From Blastocladiella emersonii ATCC 22665 (Eukaryota; Fungi; Blastocladiomycota), in contig JANHCV010000005.1 of the NCBI GenBank assembly GCA_025594325.1, positions 124,001 through 188,000 of the forward strand: 64,000 nucleotides of DNA, written 5' to 3'. A model generated the notes under the pieces. That model ran no database searches. It saw only the letters and a program-made list of their open reading frames with translations, and was not told where the DNA came from. Numbering within the stretch: position 1 is the first letter of the stretch; each line of letters opens with the position of its first letter. Made by a program: the position numbers and the translations under genes. Positions 11,055 through 21,741 of the stretch are shown piece by piece.

Positions 11055-12727
11055 TTACTGTTTAAGCTCCTTGACGGCGGTCCCGTCGGCGGCGGTGCTT
11101 GCCGCGGCGACGAGCGGGCCAGCGAAGGCGCGCTGCGTGCACTTGATGGTGTTGTTGAGCCACCTTGTGAAGCCGACATCGCGGGGCTACATCGTTCGCG
11201 TCGTGTGAGCAGCAGTTCATTCGCTTAGATCGAGCGGGCGCGGGACGTACCGTGTCGAGGCCCATGAACTGGCGGTGCTTGAGGATGTGTCGCATCTCGA
11301 GAAAGTCGACCCTGTCCGGGTCGGCGGGGTTGGCAAACACCTTGAACAGGGCGTCGAGAACGTTCTTGTTGAGGTCGCGCCCGGTGGCGGCGTAGATGCC
11401 GCGGGCGAGCTCGTCGCGCGAGACGAGGAACGTGCCGTCCTTCTGCGCGTTGGTCGCATCGCGGTGCTTGTCCATGTACAGGGCCATTTCGATATCGTCG
11501 AGGCGGCGGACGGCATCGTTGACGACGACGAACTCGGCAAAGGTGACGCGGTCCTCGTACGCGGGCATGGCGTGGAGCCGCTTGCTGCACTCGAGGACGA
11601 GCGGCAGCTCGGCGTACCCGAGGAGCAGGGCGGCGACCTCGCGTACGGCGATGGTGTCGGTGGCCGGGTCAACGGGCAGGTGGTAGAACTCGAGCTTGAG
11701 CACCTCGTGCTTGAGCCGCTGCATGAACCCGCGGAACTCGAGCAGGTGCAGCGGGCGCTTGCCGTCGGGCCCGAACAGCAGCCGCAGCACGCCGTGGCAG
11801 TGGCGCACCGACAGCACGTCCTGCTCGCGGCGGCCCATGCGGCCAAAGAAGCCCGTCTCGTCGGCCTCGGCGTCGATGAGCTGCGCGAACTCCTCGCGCG
11901 TCAGCAGGCCGTCGCCGTTCTGGTCGAGCGCGCGGAAGGCGAGGTCGAAGTGCTGCTCGGGGACTGGGGATACGGTGAGTTTGGGTTCGGCCGGTGAGGA
12001 GAGCGATTGGACGTACTGAGAAGGAGGGCGGTGAAGAACATGTACTCGGGGAAGGAAATGAGCCCGTCGCCGTCCGTGTCGGCGAGCTTGAAGAACTGGA
12101 GGGCCGAGGCCGTCTTCATGCGGCGGTACGTCTGGTTGTGGTTCAGGGAAGCGAGTGAGGCCAAGTACGACACAGAGTTCGGGATGGCAGAAGCGTACGT
12201 CGTCGACCTTGCCCGCGTGGAAGCGCTCAATGTAGGGCTGCAGGCTGCGCACAAAGTCCTCGGGCGACATGTAGTCCTGGCCGTTCTTGGACTAGACGTC
12301 GGATGCGGGTCAGCTCACGCCGCGGCGGGACTCGAGTAAAGGCGCAGCGGGACACGCACGCGGGTCGCAAAGTACTGGAACACCTTGAACGGGTGCGAGT
12401 AGGCGCGGATCCGGTTCTCGTAGTTGCCGATCTTGCGTTCCTTCCATTCCGACAGGTACTAGGAGCGGCGCGCAAAGCCGAGGCATGAGTCTACACGCTC
12501 CCTCAACGCGGCGGGCGGGTGCCGCGTACCTGGCGCACGCTCCACGGCGCGTCCGAGGCGTCGCGGTCGAGCAGCACGGGGCCCTGCAGGGGCTGCATGA
12601 CCCACTCGGGTGCGGCCTGGGTGGCAGCGTAGCCGAGCGCGGCGACGACCGGGGTCGCGACGAGCAGGCGGCGCCACGCGCGCGACGGCGCCGAGGTGGC
12701 CGCGGTGGCGGCGAAGCGGGCGGCCAT
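11055..12727 (-). CDS. MICU1: Mitochondrial calcium uptake protein MICU1-like (EF-hand regulator of MCU), multi-exon
   Basis: Mitochondrial-type presequence and TM segment; exon ~12365-12460 reads KIGNYENRIRAYSHPFKVFQYFAT (the MICU1 'YENRIRAYS' motif); EF-hands DTDGDGLISFPE and DQNGDGLLTREE; C-terminal PRDVGFTRWLNNTIKC resembles MICU1 PKDMGFTRL..WKC. Confidence 0.9.
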
Positions 12728-12965
12728 TCCGGGGGTTACTGCTGGGTGCAAGACGCAGTCAGAGATGCATGGGGCGCTATACGCCAGTTGTATGATGATG
12801 GAGGAGCGGGGAGGAGAGAGGAAGGGCGCGGCGCGGTCCCCGTTCTGGACGTCTTCTCTTCGCCGGCCGCGGTTCGCACCCGCTCTCCCCTCGCCGCGAA
12901 CTCGCTCCCGCACTTGGATGGATCACGCCGCCTAACTCGGCGCAACGAGGATATAAACCACTACC

Positions 12966-14645
12966 ATGCAGCTCGGCAAGTCGCCCTACGTGACGTCGTT
13001 CGACATCACGACCTACCTCGAGGACTTTCTGTCCAGTGCGCGCGCTTCATGTCGGGACCCGACCCCATCACACCCGCTGACTGGACCCGGTCTGCGTAGG
13101 CCTCGACAACCTGCCCTCCGAGATCCAGCACCTGCTCTCGGAGCTGCGAGAAAAGGACGTGCAGTACCACGGTCCGTCCGCCCTGTCCGCCCTCAACCCC
13201 CGAACCGAGCCTAACCCATCTTACAGCCACCATGAACACGATCCTGCAAAAGCAGCTGACGCTGCACAAGTACTGGCAGCACAACTCGCCCGCGTCGCAG
13301 GAGAACCGCGTGCAGGACGCCATCCGCGCCGGGTACGCCGCTGCCACCGCCCTCGCCGAGGAGAAGACGCTGCTGTCGCGCAAGCTGCTCGAGCTCGTCG
13401 ACCGCCACATCAAGCGCATGGACACGGACCTCTCGCGCGTCCGCGACGACTGGGCTGGCGTCGCCGCGGCTGCCAACGACGCGGCGGCCGCTGCGCTCAC
13501 GGGCGCGTCACCCGATATGGGCCGCGGTGCTGCTGACACGCCAAGAGGTGGAGTTGCGGCGGCCTCGTCGTCCCGGAGTACGGCTCACTGCCCTACCAGG
13601 CCCCGAAACAACACCATTAACCCACCACTGCTCCCGTGTAGAACGCAAACTCGCCGCGTCGGGTCTCCCACTCGACGGCCCGATGCGCACGCCCGTCGCC
13701 CCCGCCTCCGCATCCTCCTCGTCATCCGCGCGCCGCCGCCGCCCGCGCCGCGACACCGACGACCTGGTCCCTTTGCCGACCGCCATGGGCAGCGCGATCC
13801 ACGGCGCGCTCGCCGCGGGCGGCGTCGGATGGCGCCAGGGCTCCGGTGGACGTCCGCCCGTGATGCCGCCGCCGCCACCGCCCGCGCAGGGCCCGGGCGT
13901 CTCGCTGTCGATCCTGCCGTCGTCCGCCGTCAAGGCACCACGCCGCCGCCCGGGCGCGACCAGCCGGCGCGCTGCCCTCGCTGCGTCGGCCGCCGTCGTG
14001 GCAGCCGCCAGCGGCGACGACGCGCTGTCGCACGACTTTGACGACGACATGACGGGCTCGGCGCTCGGCAGCGTGCTGCCCGAGGACTTTGACGACGACG
14101 TGGTGACGGGCGGCGGGGACGAGGACGAGGACGACGAAGACGACGATGCGAGCGCGCTGCCCCTCGACGACGACGAGGACGACGAGGATGACCGCGGCAC
14201 GCTCGACTACGACGACGATCTCGACCCGGACGACGCCGAGCTCGCGGGCGGCGCCGCGTACGTGCCACCTGCTGCCGCGGCCGCCGCGGCTGTCGCCCCG
14301 CCCGCATCCGGCGGCCGCGCGCGCAGCGCGAGCAGTAGCAGTGGGAGCGCCGGGCGGCGGTACGGCGGGGTGCGGCAGCGCGGGAACCAGGCGGCGGCGG
14401 CGCAGCACCACCACCATCACCACCACCAGCAGCAGGAGGCTGTCATCGAGGAGGAGGCCAACGACGACACGCCGTACTGCTACTGCCGGCACCCGAGCTA
14501 CGGCCAGATGATCGGGTGCGACAACAACAAGGCGTGCCCGTACGAGTGGTTCCACTACGGATGCGTCAACCTCAAGGGCCCGCCGCCCGAGACGTGGTTC
14601 TGCCCCGACTGCCGCAAAACGCTGGGTCTCGCGGCGAATCCGTGA
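12966..14645 (+). CDS. ING family (Yng2/Pho23-like) PHD-finger chromatin protein
   Basis: N-terminal ING domain (YLEDFL...LDNLPSEIQHLLSELREKD...LAEEKTLLSRKLLELVDRHIKRMDTDL) and canonical PHD YCYCRHPSYGQMIGCDNNKACPYEWFHYGCVNL...WFCPDC. Confidence 0.93.
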
Positions 14646-14730
14646 TGTTTGGGGGAAAGAGAATGAGCTACGTATATACTACAACAAGTTCGAATGACGG
14701 CTAGGGAGTGCGTGGGCCAGGTAAGCGTCG

Positions 14731-17700
14731 TTACGCGCTGCCCGCCGCCGCCTTGGCCGCGGCCTTGGCCTGGTTCTCGGACGCCTTGGCAATGGCCTGC
14801 ATGACCACGTTCTGGTGCTCGGCGGTAGCGCCGGCCGTGAGCTGCTGGTACACGGCGGGGCTGGACGCCTGGAGCGCCGTGAAGGTGGCGGCGAAGGTGA
14901 CGTAGGGGTCGACGTCGTCGAGCGGGGTCTCGAGGTTGAACTCCTCGTCGAGGTCCTCGTCGTCGCTCCAGTCCTCGTCGTCGTCTGCCCACTCGTCGCC
15001 GCCCAGGTCGGCGCGCGCGCGGGCCGCCTGGCCCGCGAGGTGGTGCAGGCCGAGATCCTCCTCCTCGTCCTCCCACCCGTCGCCGTCCTCGTCGTCGCCC
15101 TCGACCACCTCCTCGGCGTCGTCGCCCGCGGCCTCGGCGGTATCGAGGTCCGCGTTGTTGAGCCGCTCGAGCTCCTCCTCGGGGATCTCGTCGATGCCCG
15201 TGAAGAACTTCTCCTGCTCGGCGCGGTTGGCCTCGGCCTTGGGCAGCGTCGACAGGTAGTTGACGAGGGCGCCGAACAGCTGCGGCAGGCCCTGGACCAC
15301 GACCGCGGGCAGGTGCTCGGCGGGGACCGCCGACAGCACCGTGCACAGGGTGATGACGCCGAGCTTCTTGTCGTGGACGCGCGCCATCTTGCCGACGTTG
15401 CCGATCCACGCCGTGAAGAAGGCGGCCGTCATGCCCTTCTCCTCGAGCACGCGCAGCGTGAGCGCCGGGTCGTAGTAGAGCGCCGTGATGCCGACCTCGA
15501 TGGCCGCAATCAGGAACGCCGTCGTCTTGATGGCGCCCGTGCCAATGTGGTGCATGGCGAGGTCGAGGAAGTGCGGCACGAGGTGGTCAATGGACGAGGT
15601 GCCGCGGAGGTACATGAGCATGTTGTGCATCAGGCCGCACCCGACGACGCGGTCGGCCTCGCCGAGGTCCGTGTTGGTCAGGCACAGGTTGATCATGTCG
15701 ACCATGGCCTGCTGGAGCTGCGGCGTGGTGGCGAACTCGCGCTTGCCGTACGAAATGTAGTTCTCGAGCGCGGCGCCCATCTCGCACACGTAGTCGGCCG
15801 CCTCGGACTGCGCGATCTTGTGCAGGCGCTCGAACATGGACCACATGGTCGGCGACACGGCCTTGAGGCTGAAGGTGCACGTGTCGATGAGCTCGAACAC
15901 GTCCGGGTACAGGTCGATGATCTCGTGGTCGAGCACGTAGATGAGCGACGGCAGCATGGCGTTCTCGAGCTGCAGCACAATCTCCTGGTTCTCGTGCACG
16001 CTGAGGACCAGCGTCTGCATCGTCTTGATGACGCCCATGGCCGCCATGGTCTTGTCGGTGGCCGCGTCAAAGTCCATGTCCTGGATGTTGGTCTCGTCGT
16101 AGCCGGCCTCGAACGACTCCTGCGCGTCGGCCATGATGCGCACGAACGTGGCGCCGAGCTGCGTCGCGAGCTCGACGGCGAAGGGCGCCACCTCGGCCGA
16201 GAACTCCTCGACAAACTCCTCCATGACCGTCGACAGCACGTCGAGGTCGATGGTGTTCTGCAGGTCGAGCATCGACTTCATGATGGCGGCAATGTGCGGG
16301 GCCATGGCGTTGCGCACGTGCGGCGTGTGGATCATGGGCTTGAGCGCGAGCGCGGCCTCGACGCGGAGCGGGAGGTCCTCGCCCTCGCCGAGCGCGGCGA
16401 TCGCGGCGTGGAACGCGGTGAGCGCGTGCTGCGGCTGCGAGTACTCGACGTCGGCGAAGGCGGCGACCGTGTCGAGGGCGCGCGCGCGCATGTACTTGAC
16501 GGGCGACGCAAACTCGGGGAACACGAACGACACGAGGAACTCCTCCATCTGCGCGTGCACGGGGCTCTTCTTGCTCAGGCACTGGTTGGCGAGCAGGCCG
16601 AGCATGCGCAGGGCGCCCTCCTTGGCGACGAGCGTCGCGGGGGTCGGCGCGGCGGCGTGGGCGAGCATGACCTGGTGGATGAACTGCACGATGCCCGCGA
16701 AGGTGGCGTTGTTCCGGTTGGTGGCGAGCGACGTGAGCAGCGAGGCGCACCCGGCGCCGGGCGACTTGAAGTCGTCCATGGGGTCGACCTTGCGGTGCAC
16801 GTACTCGGTCGGGTCGTCCTCCCACAGCTCGCGGTCCTCCTCGGAGATGGACAGCTCGGGCAGGATGAAGTGCTCGACGAGCTGCTGCGCGTACGGCTTG
16901 AGGATGGCCCACGTCGCCTTGTTGAGCAGCGCGTCCGAGTAGAAGTTGGCCATGAGGTACTTGACGCGCGGGGACACGAAGGCGCCCGTCTGGATCGACT
17001 GCTCGGTGAGGGCGAGGTACGACCGCAGCAGCGTCGGGACAAAGTTGGCCATGAACAGCTGCGAGAAGGGCTTGTACTTTTTGTCCTCGCGGAAGTTCTC
17101 CGACTTGGAGTTGCCGTAGCGCGAAAAGAGGGTGTTGAAGATGTTGAAGGCCCACTTCTTGGCCTTCCACCACGGGTGCGCGGCCTTGTCGTCGGCGTCG
17201 GCGTTGGCGCCGTAGATGGCGTCGGGCACGACCTTGGCGATGATGCTGCTGAAGAAGTGGCACCAGCCCGTCAGGTTGGTCGGGTCCATGTGCGACTTGG
17301 ACAGGTCCGACTGGATCGAGGCAAAGTAGGTGCGGGCAATCACCTTGACCATCATGGCGGCCTCGGTGTGGTCGTGCTGCACGAGCTCGGTGCCGATCTG
17401 CAGCAGGTACGGGAACACGGACTTGACGATGGCGTTGAGCGGGCCGCGCTCCTTGCGGCCGCGGTACTGGAAGATCTTGACCACCTCCTGCATGGCGAGC
17501 AGGCCGCCGTACACGGCGTTCATGTCGGCCGTGTGCTGCAGGTACTGGCCGACCTGGTCGATGAAGGCGGGCCACTTCTCGGGGAAATCGTGGTTGAGCA
17601 TGAAGTGCAGCGCCGTCACGAACTGCGCGCTACGCGAATGGTGGAGCCGAGTCAGCACGGTCCATAGCCGTAGCGGCGAGCAGAGCGGTCGCACCGAATG

Positions 17701-17987
17701 CTCTGCGAGGCCTGCACGATCGCAGCGACCATCTGCTGGCGGACCACCTCCTTGTCGGCGTCGGGAATCTGGTCGAACCAGCCGCCGCGGACCTTGTTCT
17801 TGAAGGCGACGGCGGCGGCCATGCGCAGGCTCTGGTCCTGCTCGCTCACGGCGATCTGCAGCGCCGACGGCACATAGCCGGGGAGCTTTTCGAGGCGCTT
17901 GACCTCGAGCTCGGCCTGCATGCGCGTGGTCGGATCCGCCGACAGCGTGCTGCCCAGCGCAGCGTAGAGGGGCTGGAGATCGGCCAT
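14731..17987 (-). CDS. Importin-7/8 family karyopherin (Nmd5/Sxm1-like)
   Basis: IBN_N domain (LSADPTTRMQAELEVKRLE...AAVAFKNKV), DFPEKWP, HPWWKAKKWA, ELWEDDPTEYVHRK, RVHDKKLGVI and an acidic C-terminal tail; one intron near 17628-17708. Confidence 0.92.
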
Positions 17988-18639
17988 GGTTGTCGATGCG
18001 TAGCGGGTTCGGTGGGGAGGGAGAGGAGCGGCACACGGGGCACTCGCGGGCGAAGCACAGAGGGCGAGAGGGACGTTCGAGCGCGCGCTTCCAGACGTGA
18101 GCGTCGCCGCAAAGGCCAGAGGGGGTAGTGCGCGGGGCGGGCGCGGCGCAGCAGCCAGGGGCTTCTGCTTCGGCGGCGGCGCGGCGGCGGGCGGACGCCG
18201 GGTGGCGTGGCGGAGCTCAAACGGTGCGTGTTTGATCGCGTCACGCGACCTCAGCGTGCCCTGTTGCGAGCCGCTTTCGCTCCCTCGCTTTCGCGGCGTA
18301 GACGTTAATCATGAAGCAAAATGAACTTGACTTGTCGCAATGAGTGAATGAAGTGCCTGGGTGCTATTTTAAATGCCGGTGTCGATTCAGTCGCGACTCT
18401 GGTCAGACCGCGGCGAATCCGAACATTCGGCTGCGTGAACGTTAACCCTCAAAGCGATTGATTTTGCCCTGTACACAGTACCCGCGGATCACGAGCCGCA
18501 TGTCCACAGCGGACCGATGTGTACGCATGCTCGCTCAGACCTGGCCCCCTCTCTCAACGATCAAGGCTTCATGTCAGTGGGCTGCTTGAGCTTTACCGAT
18601 TGATCTCATCGAAGATGTCCTGTTGTTTTCCGCTGCAGC

Positions 18640-18870
18640 TGCGTGCCAACCCCGCCCGCCAGTTCGCTCGACTTGCTGGTGCGGCGAAGCGGCGGAGCCG
18701 ATGCGCTTTCAGAGCAACTGATTGAGATGATTCTGGGTGATCTACAAGGAGCGCACGGACTTTCTCGAGCTGTTCAAGCGGACTGCCGAAACTTCGCGAA
18801 CTCGTCATTGATGTGGCCATCGAGGCCGCTGGAAAGATGAGCGGCCGGATCGCCATGCTTGAATGATGGT
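18640..18870 (+). pseudogene. Possible decayed F-box/LRR-like fragment with a frameshift
   Basis: EQLIEMILGDL in one frame; FWVIYKERTDFLELFK followed, after a +1 shift at ~18778, by GLPKLRELVIDV (LRR-like); stops interrupt all frames. Confidence 0.25.
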
Positions 18871-19208
18871 TGGCCACGCTGAGCCCGAGATCGCGTCTCG
18901 GCTCGCGGGTTCAAGTGCATTTTCGTGCCGCAACACTTGTCGACGCAGCGAACGGGGACCTCAACCTGATCCGCTGGTGGTGCTGCGCTCGCTATCCTGT
19001 CGCGATACGCTCCTAGTCACTCGCACTAGACGGTTCCAGCGCAAACGGAATTGCCAATATCGTCTAACGGTGGCTTCAACGAGATGGGAAGCTTGATGCT
19101 GAGGCGACGCGACGCGACACGACGCGTCTGTGAGTCGGCGCTGATCGTCACGCGTCGCGTTTCACCTCGTCCGCGTCGCCGCTTCGCTCCCCTCCACCAC
19201 CGGCTTCC

Positions 19209-19680
19209 ATGGATCATCCTGGACCTGCCGCCAACATACCGCAACACGTCGATCGGCTGATTCCGGTGACCTGGCGTGCCGTAAGCCGCGTCGCCTTGGT
19301 CATCCTAGTACTCGGCGCATTTCTCTTCTTCTGGACCTTCTTCATCCTGCCTCGCGACGCGGGCGAGTCGTCCCCGGACAAGCTCGGCTCCAGTAGGGAT
19401 CAGTTACTCTTCATGGCTGTTGCCCTTCAAATGCTCGCCGTTCCCGTCATAAATCTGCCAACTTCGTTGGTCACCGCGGCCAGGAGCGGACGAACCTCTG
19501 AGGTACACGGCATGAATAGACCGCTGGCCGCCATCACTTCTGACGATCACGGTTTGTTCAGTTGGGCACGCTTTCAATCTGCATGGACCTGACACTCGTC
19601 ACCATCGTCTGGATCCTCTTGCACTTTGTGACTGCGATGGTCGCTCACGTCGCTCACACTACCATTTCGGACTGATCACG
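19209..19680 (+). CDS. Hypothetical multi-pass membrane protein (spliced; 3' end uncertain)
   Basis: Hydrophobic segments VALVILVLGAFLFFWTFFIL and LLFMAVALQMLAVPVINL; intron 19503-19561 (GTACAC...CTGAC...TTCAG, phase 0) continues in frame into LGTLSICMDLTLVTIVWILLHFVTAM. Confidence 0.4.
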
Positions 19681-20248
19681 TACGCGCTCCACTCCTCCGC
19701 AACTCTACTCAGTGCCACCGATCCTGAGCACGCCTTCTAACCCGTCGATCGAATGCCAGTGTCCTGCCGCATGCCCTCCCGCGCGCGTCCACCATGGCCG
19801 CTTGCCCTACCGCATAGTCTACCGTGCTGCTCGCGCCCGCTGCAACCAACCTGGCGGCTCCTTGAAGTTGTCCGCGCTCGCCAATACTGCTCGACTTCGA
19901 CAACGCGACGCGCCAGCTTGGCAGACGTGCCCATCGCGTCGCGGCCAAGCTGTACCGTCGCGGTGGCGGCTCCCTCCCGTTTTTCCTGTATTCCATTCCT
20001 GTCGTGTCCTGTATCCGTTTACGCTGGGCTGCGTGAACAAGAGTGATAAACCTGTATCTTTTCCAACGTGAACCTCGTACTTTGTGTAGCGGCCATGGTC
20101 ATGGCCCGCGGACGAGACCTTCGCGGTAACGACGCGTCGTCCGCTTCCACGAGAATCCCTCTGCCGCTAAGAGTGGTCGCTATGGGAAGAATGTATACAC
20201 AAAAAGGGACTAGTAGCTGCGCGAGACCGCTCGACTCGACGCGCCGCC

Positions 20249-21364
20249 TTAGTGGCCGGCCTGGAGCCCGTTGGCGTACTGGAGCTCGCCCGAGTTTTCG
20301 TACTCCCACATGTCGACGCCGACGACGCACGACTCGCGGACGACCGCGTCCGAGTCCTGGGCAAACTTCTGGAGCAGCGGGAGGCACTCCGGGGTGCCGA
20401 TCGAGCCGAGCGCCTCGGCCGCCTCGTGGCGGACCATGCCCTGCTCGGACGCGTCCATGAGCACCTTGGACAGCGACGGGACCGACGCCGGGTGCTGCAG
20501 CTGACCGAACACGTAGGCTGTAGATGGAGGGAGGTTCGGACCGAGGTTCGTTAGTCAGCACGCGCGTGTCATTCCGAACCAAGGTGAAACCCGTACCGAT
20601 CTCGTGGCGGAACAGGGCCGACTTATCGCCGAACCCGTCAGCGAGAGCGAGGACAGCCTCCTCGTTGCCGAGGTTGCGGAGCGAGAACATGGCGCGGTAC
20701 CGCTTGAAGAGCGGGAGCGATGCGTCGAGGAGGATAGCGCGGAGGCGGGGCACGTCGCTCGCCTCGTCGATGGGGAGCGGCGGCGCCGGGTCGACGGACG
20801 CGTACGCGGACTCGGACCGCTTGCCCTCGTCCTTGCCCTCCCACTGGAGCAGGTCGAGGGCGAGCTCGCACGTCTCGCGCACCTCGACGGGCGCGGCCGC
20901 GTCGTCGCGGTACCGCTGCAGCAGCGGGATCACCGACGCGTCGCCGATGGCGCCGAGCGCCTCGGCCGCCTCGTGCCGCACCATCGGGTCCTCGCCCTCG
21001 GTCTCGAGCACCGACGACAGCACGGGGATCGCCGCGGGCAGCTTCATCTGGCCGAGGACGTACGCGAGCTCGTGCTTGAGCAGCGCAGACTCGTCGGCGA
21101 AGCCTAGAACGGCCGGGTGGCGGCGGCACGTCAGTGGCCTGTGCGCCAGCCGGCTTGCAAGCAGCGCTCCGTCGTACCCTTGCCGATAGCATCAATGGCG
21201 TCCGCCGTCTTGAGCGCCTTGAGGGTGAAGAGGGCGCGGAAGCGCTCGGCCATGGGGAGCACCTTGTCGAGCAGGGCGGCGCCGAGGCGCTGCACGGTCG
21301 CGGGGTCGTTGCGCGCGGCCTCAATGGCGGCATCGCCCGAGGGGAAGTCGTAGTCGACGGCCAT
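20249..21364 (-). CDS. DOHH: Deoxyhypusine hydroxylase (Lia1)
   Basis: HEAT-like repeats with [61 protein letters not shown] and [16 protein letters not shown]. Confidence 0.96.
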
Positions 21365-21741
21365 TTTTTCGTTTCGTTTTCGTTGATGCGTAGGCTCACG
21401 TCCGTCGTGGTTCCGAGTCGGAAGAGCGAGAGAGCGGCCGAGTCGCGACTCGGCAGCAGGCCGCCCCGATGGCGCCGATTGCGGCTCATCGACTGCACCC
21501 CACGTGATGCGTTGGAAGGGACGGCCAGGGTGGCGCAGAATCTGATGTCTACCGCATCATCGGATACTGGCTTTTTCCGTGCGGACGTGAGCGGGGTCGT
21601 TGGCCGGAACCGGGGCCAGCGCGAGGAGAGGCGAGGGAGGTGAGGAGGAGGGTCACATCAGGGCGGCCATCACGATCACGAAGGAACGGGGCCAGCGGCG
21701 CCACGGCTGCAGGCCATATATAATTTAGGAGGGACAGGGAC

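Noticed and set aside
14815-17667. 950-aa plus-strand ORF; similar long antisense ORFs at 5729-7561, 24687-26468, 36681-38387 and 57769-59322
   Set aside because: These are shadow ORFs opposite real genes, produced by extreme GC3 bias (few stops on the antisense strand); their translations are Arg/Gly/Ala-rich with no motifs.
18250-20100. Intact transposable element in the lower-GC island
   Set aside because: No transposase, reverse transcriptase or integrase motifs, and no terminal inverted or long terminal repeats or target-site duplications were recognised.
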